Assembly: GCA_000004985.1 (NCBI GenBank)
Contig: GG738845.1
Length of the DNA: 64,000 nucleotides
Reading direction: 5' to 3' (one strand)
From: Naegleria gruberi
Lineage: Eukaryota
This document shows positions 43,001 through 52,832 of the stretch, piece after piece. The notes under the pieces are model-generated. The model was given only the letters and a program-made list of their open reading frames with translations, was not told where the DNA came from and did not search any database. The position numbers were made by a program, and so were the translations under genes. Each line of letters begins with the position of its first letter. Positions within the stretch are counted from its first letter, which is position 1.

Positions 43001-44380
43001 ACCCTTGATAGAAGGGTCTCTATTTTGGAAAATGATCTAAAGGAGCAATTGGAAAAAACAGTAGACTCTAAAATTGAGCAGTTTAATTTTATGAATAAGA
43101 ACCTCAATCAAATTGTCAATGTCAAAGTTGAATCCCTTGAAGAAAAGTGGGAGCATTTGAAAGAATTTATTCACATGAAAACAAGGGAAATGGAACTTAG
43201 TGCAATGAATATAGTTCCTCCAAACAACAATTTTATATCTGAAGGAGAGGAACCAACAACTCACTTTGAAAATGAAGTAATTCAAAACTTTATCTCCCAA
43301 CTTTCAAATATTCAACATACCCAATCAAATTATGATGAAAAACTCGACCTAATTTCCAAGCTCTATGACTCAAGTTGGACAAAAACAATTGAACTTTCAG
43401 AGAGCGTGAAGGATATTACAGATGTTAAAAATAATGTGGAATATCTCAAGCAAAACACAGACAATAGGGTTGGCCAATTACAGTCATCGGTAAAAAGAAT
43501 TGATAATCAAATTGAGTATTTATCAAGAAGACTACAACAAGTTGATCAGCAAAAGGATGAACAACATATTGAAAAGATGACTCTGTTCATCAATAGTCTC
43601 TCTTCAAGAGTGGATCAAGAATTGAGAAAGATGAACGAGTATTTCCAGAGAAAAGAAATACAACTTAACGACAAAGTTTTGGAGATTTTAACGAGAGAAA
43701 GAATGTTGAATATGAGAGAACAAAATCTTGAGGAGAGAGAGGACCATTTTATCAAACATACCAATGGCCACTCTGTCAGTGTTGCAAAAAGCGACAAGGC
43801 TGATGATAACCTTCTTCTTAAACAAGTTCAACACCACCTCAATGCCCCTAAAGTTGATTATTCCTTAGAATCAGTTCTTTACCCACTCTCATCAGTTGAT
43901 CCAGAAGTTTTGAAAACTCAACGTATTACTGATCCTTCGGAAAGAATTGCCAATGAGTTCAAAGATTCATTCTTGCTAAAAACTCCAGAATCTCTTTTCT
44001 CTTCCACAAGTTTTGCTTTACCAAGCTATTCTTTGAGTCAACCTTCAGCTAGTAATTCAAATTTTTTTTCTATTTTGAGCCCAAATGATACTGCATCATC
44101 TGTGCACTCAAATTCTACATCACCAACCAGTTCAACAACCTCAGCGTACCATCCTTTGTTGGTTACATCTTCTGGAATGCAAACTTTTGATGAGGATATG
44201 TTAAAGACCACAAACAATAGTGCTCCATCTACACCAATTGAAAGAAGTCGTAGAAGTTCTGGAAGTCAAACATACAAAACCCAGTTCAAAGAATACAAGA
44301 AAGAAGACAACTCTATTATAAGATCACCATTTAGAAAGTATGCAGAGCAAAAAGATACTCACAGCAGTTATTTTTTCTAA
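40013..44380 (+). CDS. Giant (1455 aa) protein: N-terminal RGS domain followed by a ~1000-aa coiled-coil and a Ser/Thr-rich tail
   Basis: The ATG is at 40013. Residues ~8-105 read FRTFCKQVLSCEELIDLWTDIQNYRNI...AKKIWNTYFVAGSIEVPEEL...YDEVQTLIEDDLKEEAYHLFIKDFIK, an RGS-box pattern. Long heptad-rich K/E/Q/L-rich segments follow. It is a single exon. Confidence 0.5.
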   Translation: MNSIMKDSFRTFCKQVLSCEELIDLWTDIQNYRNIKDNEVELRVNTAKKIWNTYFVAGSIEVPEELHSILVDNMDSGSIALYDEVQTLIEDDLKEEAYHLFIKDFIKHANSSSNNPLSSLNTISNAPSSSDDTISKIFQPIHEISNRRRNSFQEQTPTKLTFPVPNTSIPTVPLTPILHTVIPLNNDSKVSSPPRLPPAHTPPPSNSVKRGVRIERLGDKIQVYGRSPTNLTKPGENAASSLEEYKYKGPLIPPNQEIRATVADIDSSFLRSKGEKEQFTQVTCCEVSVNLLYQKIPIITQGSIEGMAEMAKKLYNLKDYLQTDDDSFVMDINSILNRCDRYSAHLQVENVESINNYGIIQMFKSSEKKPICCILKAQVIEEESNSFNDYLVVFYDGNESYCLFHTFQKLFPKKGLRACVTYFENLEVMERFLNDFLAPNEMSASKLSSNKKYILKQLITLRKKEHGLIKKYLNYRVSLQVEDSPIDNIEKKLFIMEDMHRNRIEDLLNKLKDIEGKIKSGKQKLVNPKSVEERGIENSTFDQDLTDVMVRLEEIDERQLSPRKRQTQEQKNKTVSETLSQTTSPQKSDIITEYFINRLTSIESEMNEVKNAYTKKMESVVENLSNYEKQNHPVMEKTITQHENSDAKLIYEMKKEIEIMKMARLQIEKDVKNKAFHQSTNNSDLNKIIANSTFNTEPLSEPLESNLQLPEEKETEPQLISNYENSPEQMIIHQSQVIAQETNTNPQSESKLEYVSRVIEDLKTELASLRDEMSIISKRKYAHEVLGTIFEKSNNDQETFKLPQPSADTQIDEVVERINNIESYTYENMSNVKQSLYEEKKDRFNMFDALHTKIQSVEESNKEHAKETKEISDKVDQIKSEIDMLRFTSSLQARNSDTSSIVSKLDDSLDVSSNASSPTKSLDSNQFMFIQNNLKKEIIQQVNQQVNQQIHQQINNIPNVENLFREYRKQFDNFESKIENRFNTQTFVNGNQEEIETLDRRVSILENDLKEQLEKTVDSKIEQFNFMNKNLNQIVNVKVESLEEKWEHLKEFIHMKTREMELSAMNIVPPNNNFISEGEEPTTHFENEVIQNFISQLSNIQHTQSNYDEKLDLISKLYDSSWTKTIELSESVKDITDVKNNVEYLKQNTDNRVGQLQSSVKRIDNQIEYLSRRLQQVDQQKDEQHIEKMTLFINSLSSRVDQELRKMNEYFQRKEIQLNDKVLEILTRERMLNMREQNLEEREDHFIKHTNGHSVSVAKSDKADDNLLLKQVQHHLNAPKVDYSLESVLYPLSSVDPEVLKTQRITDPSERIANEFKDSFLLKTPESLFSSTSFALPSYSLSQPSASNSNFFSILSPNDTASSVHSNSTSPTSSTTSAYHPLLVTSSGMQTFDEDMLKTTNNSAPSTPIERSRRSSGSQTYKTQFKEYKKEDNSIIRSPFRKYAEQKDTHSSYFF

Positions 44381-44510
44381 TAATTAATCTAATAAATTGT
44401 AAAATATGACCAACCTGCACATTATTAAATTATTATTTACACAAAATTTCGAAATAATTGAAATTATTTGTGCACTAGTGTGTTGGTAATTAAAGAAAAT
44501 CACAAAAAAA

Positions 44511-45109
44511 ATGCAAGGAATGCCTTCGGAAGTAGAAACCTCAGTGCTACGATTTCATAACTCTTTGAAGGTTGTAGAAGACATGGTAAAACCATTACTT
44601 GAACAACCACTCACCTCCAAAACATCTAAATTAGATCCAGAATCAAGAGCAAAAGTTAATCTTTGTTGTGCATACACAGTGAACACTCTATTTTATCGTA
44701 TGTTTATCAAATGTTAATTCCTATTCACAAACTTTATGATTTTTCTTCATCTATGGTGAACAACTGATTGATAATATTATTTGTTGGATGAAATTTTATT
44801 TGTTTTCTTTTTACATCATCAATTTGTTGTTGGTTACTTACTAATATATTAGTGTACCTAAAAACACAAGGAATAAATCCGGAGGAACACCCTGTGAAAC
44901 AAGAGATTGCAAGGATACAACTTTACTTTAAAAAACTGAAAGAAAAACAAAGAAAAGTTGCCCTCGAAAACCAGCCAACAAACGAAACTTCTGAAACAAG
45001 TATCAATTCAACAAGTGAAACCAAAGATGACAACTCTTCTGAAGATGGTGACAACAAAAAACGTAAGAACAAGGCCACAGACAACAAACAAAGAAAAAAG
45101 AAAAAGTAA
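44511..45109 (+). CDS. C1D: Nuclear exosome cofactor C1D / Rrp47 (Sas10 domain), 2 exons
   Basis: Exon 1 is 44511..44697 (...[22 protein letters not shown]). The intron is 44698..44852 (gtatgtttatc...atatattag, 155 nt, phase 1). Exon 2 is 44853..45109 ([31 protein letters not shown]...KKRKNK...*). It is collinear with human C1D: [44 protein letters not shown]. Confidence 0.7.
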
Positions 45110-45251
45110 CCCAGTAGATTTTAATGGGAGGTTGTAACCCTTCCCTTTTGATAAGGTTGACTTTCGACTGGAATTTCCGACCAGTTGTGTACATACGAAT
45201 TTGTCAATACAAAAAAGAAAAAACATTAAAAAACAGAAATTGGCAAATAAT

Positions 45252-47531
45252 TTATTTTTGTTTTTCTTTCTCTTTCTTCCACAACATGGCCTTCTCCAAA
45301 ATTTTCAAATTGGATTTCTTTCCTGTTGATTCATCTTCATCATCTTTGAAGATAAAGTCAGCATATTCTGTGTAGCCTGATACTTCACCTTCTTGGTTGA
45401 AAATTTTTCTCTTTTTCCTAATTTTAGTTGGTTTCTTTTGGTTCAGTTTCTCTATCATATCTTGGTTATTTGGTATTGATTGCTCAAATGATAACCAAGA
45501 AATTAAAAGTTGGTATCTTTGCTCTCGCCTTGCAATTTGTATTTGGTCATCGACATTTTGTTGCCCTCCTTCTTCTATGGAGCCCTTTTTGAGGTAAGTG
45601 TATGCATCTTCATAAACTTGGCGTGTTTTTGCAAAATTATTGGATCCTAATGCTTTTTCGAAAAGTGCATAGCTAAGCCATACCTTAACATGTTTTGTTT
45701 TTTCGAGTAATCTTTTGTAAAGTAATCTAACCTTCTCGTATTCCTTTTGTTCAATTTCAAAATCAATATAACACTTCCAAATCAATTCTGGCATATCTAG
45801 ATTAGGTTGTGACACAGCTAGCTCATAAATAGCTCTTGTTCTTTGGATTTCCTTGACTTTTTGTTCTAGTTCAGCATAATTCTTCCATGCCTCACAGTTG
45901 GATGGAGATACTTCTAATTGTTTTTGGAATAAATGTCTTACACTATCAATGTTACCAAGAGAAAGCTCAACCTTGATATATTCCTTAAAAATTCTATCTT
46001 TTGGAATAATAGAGATTGCTGTATCTAAAATTTTTCTAGCCTCATCCATATTGTGCTGTCTTATTTCAAAGTGTGCAAACATTATCCAAATTTTAGAAAA
46101 ATAAATATTAGGAGAAGAGTACTCTTCATTTGCTAATAGCTCTAAGCATCCCTGGTACACTTGTCTTGCCCTAGTAATGTTTTTAGTTGTTATTTCTTCG
46201 AAAATAGCATAATTTATCCAAATATAAATATACCGCTTCCAGTATCTTTTTTCTTTTAGTGGTGGTACATTGGATATTGCTCTTTCGAATAAATCTCTTG
46301 TTTCTTCCAAGTTATCATTTCCATTTTGCTCTTTAGCCATTGTTAAATATTGAATCCATACGTCATAATTATTTGGATTTTCTTTGATATCATTTTCAAA
46401 ATCAAATCTTTTCTTATTGTAAATAACATTTTCTATACTGTGGGTATCACCGAATTGCTTTTGGAAAGATACAAACTTTTGATACAATACATCAGCATAA
46501 TCTTTTGTAACACGATCTAATAGGTACTTGTAAATTGAGTTGGCTCTTTCAACTTCCCCATTAACAACTTCAAAGTCAGCAAATGCAATGTACAATCCAA
46601 TTACTTCATCAAGGTTTTGTCTTGTAAAATTTTGGGCTTTAAGTAATACTTCCAAGTCAAATAGGGTAGTAGCTCTCTCAAATACCAGTCTAGCTTGAGT
46701 TTTCCCTTCTCTTCCTCCATATTTTTGTTCAAATTTAGCATAATAGAGCCATGTTTTGATGTCTGGATGAACACGAATAAATTTTTCATTAACTTTTCTA
46801 GCTTTTTCGACTTCTCCATATCTCAATTCAAAACTAATGTAAGATTTCCAGCCTTTTTCATCTGGTTGCCATTCCATCCATCTCTCGAAAAGCTGTCTAG
46901 CAGCATTTATATTTTTCATCATTTCCTCCATGTGAATATACTTGTACCAGAATTGGTCAGTTCGTGGTAACAAGCTGACAGCTCGATCCCAAATATTTCT
47001 AGCATGATTGATGAATTTGTTTCTCATTTCCATTTCAGCATACTTGAGCCAAATAATTGGTTCTCTATAATTTACATCGAGTGCTCGTTCAAAAATAGAT
47101 CTTGCTCTTTCAATTTGTTTTTGATTTTCTTCCCATTGTGCATATTTAATATAATTTGTCATTCTATGTCTATTTTTCCTAATAGTGTCTTCATATTGTT
47201 TTCTCATTCTTAATCTAAACTCCTCCAATTCCTCCATATCTTTGATATCTTGCTTTGGTGCTTTGATTTCCTTTTCGGATCTTTCAAAGGCCTCCCTAAT
47301 AATTTGCTCTGCAGTGATCTGAAGTTGAGAACTTCGTTTATCTTTCACCTTGGAACTACGGGATCTATCAACATTGCCATAATTATAGCTATATCCTTCG
47401 GGAAGGTTATCATCCTTTTTCTTATCTTGATCATTTCTTGATCTCTTTTTTCCGTGTTGTTTTTGTTCTTGTTCGTTTTGTTTTTGTTCGAATTGTTGTT
47501 GACGTTCTATCCGTTGTTGTATGTCATTCAT
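45252..47531 (-). CDS. CRNKL1: Pre-mRNA splicing factor crooked-neck/Clf1/CRNKL1 (HAT repeats)
   Basis: The ATG is at 47531. It is 759 aa. There is a tandem HAT/TPR-like array: ...RNIWDRAVSLLPRTDQFWYKYIHMEE..., ARQLFERWMEWQPDEKGWKSYISFELRYGEVEKAR and ...WLYYAKFEQKYG... There is a basic C-terminal tail. Confidence 0.85.
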   Translation of the reverse strand: MNDIQQRIERQQQFEQKQNEQEQKQHGKKRSRNDQDKKKDDNLPEGYSYNYGNVDRSRSSKVKDKRSSQLQITAEQIIREAFERSEKEIKAPKQDIKDMEELEEFRLRMRKQYEDTIRKNRHRMTNYIKYAQWEENQKQIERARSIFERALDVNYREPIIWLKYAEMEMRNKFINHARNIWDRAVSLLPRTDQFWYKYIHMEEMMKNINAARQLFERWMEWQPDEKGWKSYISFELRYGEVEKARKVNEKFIRVHPDIKTWLYYAKFEQKYGGREGKTQARLVFERATTLFDLEVLLKAQNFTRQNLDEVIGLYIAFADFEVVNGEVERANSIYKYLLDRVTKDYADVLYQKFVSFQKQFGDTHSIENVIYNKKRFDFENDIKENPNNYDVWIQYLTMAKEQNGNDNLEETRDLFERAISNVPPLKEKRYWKRYIYIWINYAIFEEITTKNITRARQVYQGCLELLANEEYSSPNIYFSKIWIMFAHFEIRQHNMDEARKILDTAISIIPKDRIFKEYIKVELSLGNIDSVRHLFQKQLEVSPSNCEAWKNYAELEQKVKEIQRTRAIYELAVSQPNLDMPELIWKCYIDFEIEQKEYEKVRLLYKRLLEKTKHVKVWLSYALFEKALGSNNFAKTRQVYEDAYTYLKKGSIEEGGQQNVDDQIQIARREQRYQLLISWLSFEQSIPNNQDMIEKLNQKKPTKIRKKRKIFNQEGEVSGYTEYADFIFKDDEDESTGKKSNLKILEKAMLWKKEKEKQK

Positions 47532-47649
47532 TTTTTTTTCTAAATATTAAAATTATTTTTTCCCCTAGCTGCTTGTTCAATAATGGCATCAAGCCAATAA
47601 TTTAATATTTATTAATAATTTATTTATTAATTTACAAATATAATTATAA

Positions 47650-48879
47650 TTACATAACAATTTGACCTGGTTCCAAAATATCTTCACCAACAGTCTTGTG
47701 AGGCAAAACCTTAACGTTGTTCACAAAGACTTCATCAGAAACGTGAGTATCCTCGCCCAAAACTGTATCATTAGCAATTCTGGACCATTTACCGACCGAA
47801 GATTTCCAACCAATGATTGAAGATTTTACAAGAGCATGTTCCTTTACATGAGCTGATTCAAAGATTGTTGATCTAGTAACTCTAGCACCTTCTCCAATAG
47901 TAACATTATCACCAAGAACAACATTAGGTCCAATTACAGCTCCTCTACCAATCTTGACATTTTCTCCCAATAGAACTGTTGATTCATTGATGATCTTGTA
48001 GGATCCATCCTCAGGATTCTTAGCAAAATGTTGAGAATTTTCTCTCAAATGTTTGTCACTTGACAGATACATGCACATACCAGTAATGTAATCCTTTGGT
48101 TGACCAATATCCATCCAGAAACCCTTTAAATCCATTGCATATAATTCCTTATCCCTGGCCATCAATGGGAAGATTTCTCTTTCAATACTGGTTGGTCTCA
48201 ATTCAATTCTTTCCAAAACTTTTGTGCTAAAAACATAAATACCAGCGTTGATTCTGTCGCCAACGAAAGTCTTTGGTTTCTCAACAAATTTTTCAATTTC
48301 ACCTTGTTTTCCATCTTGTGTAACAACTACACCATATTTACTTGGATCATCAACTTTAGTTACCATAATGGTTCCTTCCTTTCCATGATTTTTATGATAT
48401 TCCAAAAGTTCATCCAATGAATATTCACAAATAACATCAGAATTTAAAACAAAGAAGTATTCAGTTTCATCTGCACCGAGAATATCCCTGGCAAGGGCCA
48501 AAGGTCCAGCTGTACCTAATGGTTCATTTTCTACAGAATAGGTAATCTTAACTTGATACTTTTCTTCGTACTTCTTCATAGCATCAATCATTTCTTGTGG
48601 CTTATAATTTACAGCAAGAACAATTTCTGTACATCCAGCCTTCTTTAAAGCTTCAATTTGATGGACAACAATTGGTTTATTGGCAAAGTGAATCAAAGGC
48701 TTAGCAGTAGAGAAGGTGAGTGGTCTGAGTCTTGTTCCGTATCCACCAACAAGAATGCTACATGTTTTTTGATGTATTGTTGCAGTTATTATTTAATATT
48801 ATTAATAATTATTTTAATTCGTAAATATATTGATGAATAATAATTATTATCAACACACTTACAGTGCCTTTACTTTCAT
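47650..48879 (-). CDS. GMPP: Mannose-1-phosphate guanylyltransferase (GDP-mannose pyrophosphorylase), 2 exons
   Basis: Exon 1 is 48879..48863 (MKVKA-L). The intron is 48758..48862 (gtaagtgtg...catgtag, 105 nt, phase 2). Exon 2 is 48757..47650 (ILVGGYGTRLRPLTFSTAKPLIHFANKPIVVHQIEAL...EPLGTAGPLALARDIL...), ending in a left-handed beta-helix region. It is 374 aa. Confidence 0.88.
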
Positions 48880-49051
48880 GTTGTACTCCTGAGTTTGTTG
48901 TTATTTTTTTGCTTGTTTATCTGTTTAATTTAAACAGTAACCGTTGTCATAGTGCCTCAACACGTGTTCAATAATAAGACAGGAAAATCATCATTTTCAC
49001 CTCAATCTGCTTTGCTAAATTGAACAATCCTGAGGAGTTTACGGAAATAGA

Positions 49052-49540
49052 TCACTTGATGAATTTGAATTTTTGTTCAAGAGCAAAATCAACAAAGTCC
49101 TTTCTTATTTCTCTTCTTCTTAGATAGATCCACCTATAATATAGATATCCACCCAATCCAAATATACAACCAATCAGCATACACACTCTTCCCGGGCCAA
49201 GTCCCTCTGAGGATGATATTATTTCAACAATGAATGAAATGATCTGTTCTAGGAATGAAACCTCTCCACGTTGTGTGCTTGATTTTGTCTCTTTCTTCTT
49301 ACTCAGTACGAAATTTTTCATAGGAAATAAATCACCAGTAAGAAAGTGAAGGGTTGCTTTCCAAGTTGATTTATTTGATTCCGAATCCTTGTCAAATTTA
49401 ATTTCCAAAATATTTCCATCATAGATTTTATCATCACTATCGTCATTATTAATGCATCCACTAGTTATTTCGGATGGTGTTGAAAAATTCTTATCACCAT
49501 TTTGTTTTCTCAAATGTTCCAACTTTTGAAAGAAGGACAT
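49052..49540 (-). CDS. Hypothetical 162-aa protein with a single C-terminal TM helix (tail-anchored topology)
   Basis: The ATG is at 49540. The N-terminus is hydrophilic. The helix LIGCIFGLGGYLYYRWIYL is followed by the basic tail RRREIRK. It lies divergent from the DEAD-box gene, with only 41 nt between the two start codons. Confidence 0.4.
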   Translation of the reverse strand: MSFFQKLEHLRKQNGDKNFSTPSEITSGCINNDDSDDKIYDGNILEIKFDKDSESNKSTWKATLHFLTGDLFPMKNFVLSKKKETKSSTQRGEVSFLEQIISFIVEIISSSEGLGPGRVCMLIGCIFGLGGYLYYRWIYLRRREIRKDFVDFALEQKFKFIK

Positions 49541-49581
49541 TGATTCCCTCTAAATTTTTTTTGAATTATTTTTTAAAAAAG

Positions 49582-51624
49582 ATGCCCAAACTACCTTCTC
49601 ATGATGATAGGAAGCTTCTCGACATTGAAAATGATAATGTGGAGGATTCATCCGATTTATTCACATCACTCACAAAAACATTAGCTTATGATGCATCCCA
49701 AGTGAATAGTTTTAAACAACGTAACATTTCAAATATAAATGTTGACAGTCATTCATCTAAAACAAAAGCATCATTGACCGTACATAATATGGCTGATGAG
49801 AAACTTTTTGAACAATTACTTCCTGCTTCATCATTGGATTTTTTCGGCTCTTCAAAGTCATCATCAGTTTTGGATCGTATTAAAAAAGTGAAACAAGCAA
49901 ACGAGGAATCAAAGCAACAAACATCTCAAATTGAGGAAGAAGATGAGGAGGAAGATCTTTCTGACTTACCACCTCCATTGACAACAGCTGAGGAAATTAA
50001 GAAATTTAGAAAGCAAAACAAGATCAAGATAAAAGGTATTGTAAGCCAAATGGATCCAGACCTGCTTCTTGCTCCAAATATGAAAACTAATTCTCAAGAT
50101 GTTTATGTTTCCCCTTATAAACCATTCGTTTCTTTTTTGGAGTTAAAAAATAGATATCCAGATTTGGTTCGTGATTATTTATATAGAAATATTAGAACAA
50201 AGCTCAAATACAAACTTCCAACACCAGTTCAAATGCAAGCTGTTCCCGTCTTACTTTCTAAAAAAGATTGTCTGGTAGCTGCTCCAACTGGTTCAGGTAA
50301 AACTGTTGCATTTTGTTTACCAATGTTATGCCTATTAGGAAAACCAAAGAAGGAGGGTTTTAGAGGATTAATTATTACTCCAACAAAGGTTTTAGCTGAC
50401 CAAATATTTAGAAATTTAGAGGTACTAGGAAGTGGAAAGGATTGGAAGATTCGTCTAAATGATCAATCCGCAGCCGATAGTGAGGGAGGTGAGTCTCATG
50501 CAGTGAGGGATAACCACAAATTCCAATCAAAGAGAAACGATATTTTAATTTCAACTCCAATGCGTCTTTTAAGTATGATTAAGAGTGGAATAATTGATTT
50601 GACTAACGTGGAAATGCTTGTTTTTGATGAGGCTGATCGTTTGTTTGATTTAGGATTTATAGAACAGGTGGATGAAATTTTAGGTTTTTGCACTAATCCT
50701 AATTTGGTAAAGACATATTTCAGTGCTACTATTCCTTTAAGTTTGGAACATACTCTCAAAACTCAGACCTCTTTATTGAAAATAGACTCTGTCCAAGTTA
50801 GTATTGGTGTAAGAAATGCAGGTCCAGACACTATTGAACAAAAATTAATATTTGTTGGATCTGAGGAAGGAAAATTACTTGCTCTTAAGGAAAGAATAAG
50901 AATTGAAGGATTGAAACCTCCAGTACTTATTTTCGTTCAATCAATAGATAGAGCAAAACAATTATATAAGGAATTATTATTTACATTGACAAGCACTACA
51001 GGAATGTCTTCAAGTTCAAATGAAACTGGTGCATCAGATCCTCTTGACTATTGCGTAGATTACATTCACGGAAAGAGAAGTGATAAGAAAAATCATGAAG
51101 TAATTCAGAATTTCAGAACTGGTAAAACTTGGGCTTTAATTTGTACAGATGTCATGGCTCGTGGTTTGGATTTTAAGAATATTAGTTGTGTTATTAATTA
51201 TGACTTTCCAACCTCAGTACCAAATTACATTCACAGAATTGGTAGAACTGGTAGAGCTGGACAAAAAGGTGAAGCTCTTACATTCTTTACGTATGCAGAT
51301 ATTCCTCTTTTAAAGAACATTGCTGATGTATTGAAAAATTCAGGATGTCCTGTACCTGATTACATGTCAGAAATTAAGCTTGTTTCTGAGGAAAAGATGA
51401 TCAAAACAGCTTTGGAAAATATCAAGTCAACCAGGATTGGTCACTCTAAAAAGGAAGATGGTAAAACATTGGACAAGAAGGAAAAGAGAAAGGCTTTCGT
51501 GACAGGCTCTAAAAAAAATAACAAACCAAAGAAAACCAAAGAAATAGTATCACAAAACACAACACAAAACGAAAAGAAGAGAAAGAGAGTTTCATTACTG
51601 GAAGGCAAACCAAATAAAAAGTAA
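49582..51624 (+). CDS. DEAD-box ATP-dependent RNA helicase (DDX52/Rok1-like)
   Basis: The true ATG is at 49582 (MPKLPSHDD...); the track start at 49474 is an alternative start. It has the Q motif (PTPVQMQAVP) and the motifs AAPTGSGKTVAF, PTKVLADQ, VFDEADRLFDLGF, SAT, ARGLDF and HRIGRTGRAG. There is a K-rich C-terminal tail. Confidence 0.85.
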   Translation: MPKLPSHDDRKLLDIENDNVEDSSDLFTSLTKTLAYDASQVNSFKQRNISNINVDSHSSKTKASLTVHNMADEKLFEQLLPASSLDFFGSSKSSSVLDRIKKVKQANEESKQQTSQIEEEDEEEDLSDLPPPLTTAEEIKKFRKQNKIKIKGIVSQMDPDLLLAPNMKTNSQDVYVSPYKPFVSFLELKNRYPDLVRDYLYRNIRTKLKYKLPTPVQMQAVPVLLSKKDCLVAAPTGSGKTVAFCLPMLCLLGKPKKEGFRGLIITPTKVLADQIFRNLEVLGSGKDWKIRLNDQSAADSEGGESHAVRDNHKFQSKRNDILISTPMRLLSMIKSGIIDLTNVEMLVFDEADRLFDLGFIEQVDEILGFCTNPNLVKTYFSATIPLSLEHTLKTQTSLLKIDSVQVSIGVRNAGPDTIEQKLIFVGSEEGKLLALKERIRIEGLKPPVLIFVQSIDRAKQLYKELLFTLTSTTGMSSSSNETGASDPLDYCVDYIHGKRSDKKNHEVIQNFRTGKTWALICTDVMARGLDFKNISCVINYDFPTSVPNYIHRIGRTGRAGQKGEALTFFTYADIPLLKNIADVLKNSGCPVPDYMSEIKLVSEEKMIKTALENIKSTRIGHSKKEDGKTLDKKEKRKAFVTGSKKNNKPKKTKEIVSQNTTQNEKKRKRVSLLEGKPNKK

Positions 51625-51639
51625 AATTTATTGAAAAAA

Positions 51640-52830
51640 ATGAACATTTTAAAGACACGGTCAAAAATTGTGAAACCACTCTCACAAATCGCAACTCTCC
51701 ATAAAACATTAGCAATTGGAACAATTAATAACCAATCATTTACACAAAATAATAGCACGGAATCAAGACTATATACATTTTCTGCCAATAATACCATTCG
51801 CTATTATCATAATAATTTAGTAATCAACAAGCAAGAAACTACTTCACACTCATGTAGTCATCAACAAGTGCAAACAATTTCATGGCCTCAAAAAATGGTT
51901 GACTCTTCACCTGCCTCTATTAGACCATACTTACGTTTAATGAGACTAGATAAACCAATTGGAACTTGGTTGCTATTGTATCCTTGTTTGTGGAGTTTAG
52001 GATTGGCAGATATTAATTCATTAATACCATCACCATATTATGCAAGTTTATTTGCAATAGGTTCGATTATAATGAGAGGAGCAGGATGTACAGTTAATGA
52101 TTTATGGGATAGAGATTTTGATAAAAAGGTGGAAAGAACTAAAACCAGACCTATTGCAAGTGGAGAAATATCAGTGAGAAATGGTATAATATTTTTAGGC
52201 GCCCAATTGTTGACTGGATTGGCTGTTCTTGTCCAATTTAATATGTATACTATTGCAGTAGGAGCCAGTTCATTATTCTTAGTTTTTACTTATCCTTTAA
52301 TGAAAAGAATAACTTATTGGCCACAAAGTTATTTGGGATTGACTTTTAACTGGGGTGCTTTTGTGGGCTATTCTGCTCTTGCTGGTTTTTGCGATTGGTC
52401 AATAGTTGTTCCACTTTATTTAGGAAGTATTGCTTGGACAATTGTTTATGATACCATTTACGCCCACCAGGACAAGAAAGATGACAAACAAATTGGAGTC
52501 AAATCAACTGCCTTACTTTTTGGAGAAAGAACAAGAGAAATTTTGACAGGATTTTCCTTAATTTTTGGTGCCTTGATGACTATTACTGGTTATAATGCTG
52601 GATATGATTTTATCGAGCAATGGCCATATTACACAGCTGTTTATTCTTCTCTTTTGGCAGCTGTTTACAAAATTCATACCATTGACTATAATAATTCTGA
52701 ACAATGTATGAAAACTTTTGTTCAAAACAAATGGATTGGCTTGGTAATATTTATTGGTATTATTCTTGCAAATCTCACTAAAAGAAAGAAGCAAGCAGAT
52801 AATCAAACAGAAAAAGTGGAAGCCAAATAA
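51640..52830 (+). CDS. COQ2: 4-hydroxybenzoate polyprenyltransferase (COQ2, UbiA family)
   Basis: The ATG is at 51640; the track start at 51631 is TTG. An N-terminal presequence-like region of about 85 aa is K/R/S/T-rich. The UbiA motifs NDLWDRDFDKKVERTKTRPIASGEIS and YAHQDKKDDKQIGVKSTA are present, with multiple TM helices. The start is only 15 nt after the DEAD-box stop. Confidence 0.82.
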   Translation: MNILKTRSKIVKPLSQIATLHKTLAIGTINNQSFTQNNSTESRLYTFSANNTIRYYHNNLVINKQETTSHSCSHQQVQTISWPQKMVDSSPASIRPYLRLMRLDKPIGTWLLLYPCLWSLGLADINSLIPSPYYASLFAIGSIIMRGAGCTVNDLWDRDFDKKVERTKTRPIASGEISVRNGIIFLGAQLLTGLAVLVQFNMYTIAVGASSLFLVFTYPLMKRITYWPQSYLGLTFNWGAFVGYSALAGFCDWSIVVPLYLGSIAWTIVYDTIYAHQDKKDDKQIGVKSTALLFGERTREILTGFSLIFGALMTITGYNAGYDFIEQWPYYTAVYSSLLAAVYKIHTIDYNNSEQCMKTFVQNKWIGLVIFIGIILANLTKRKKQADNQTEKVEAK

Positions 52831-52832
52831 AT

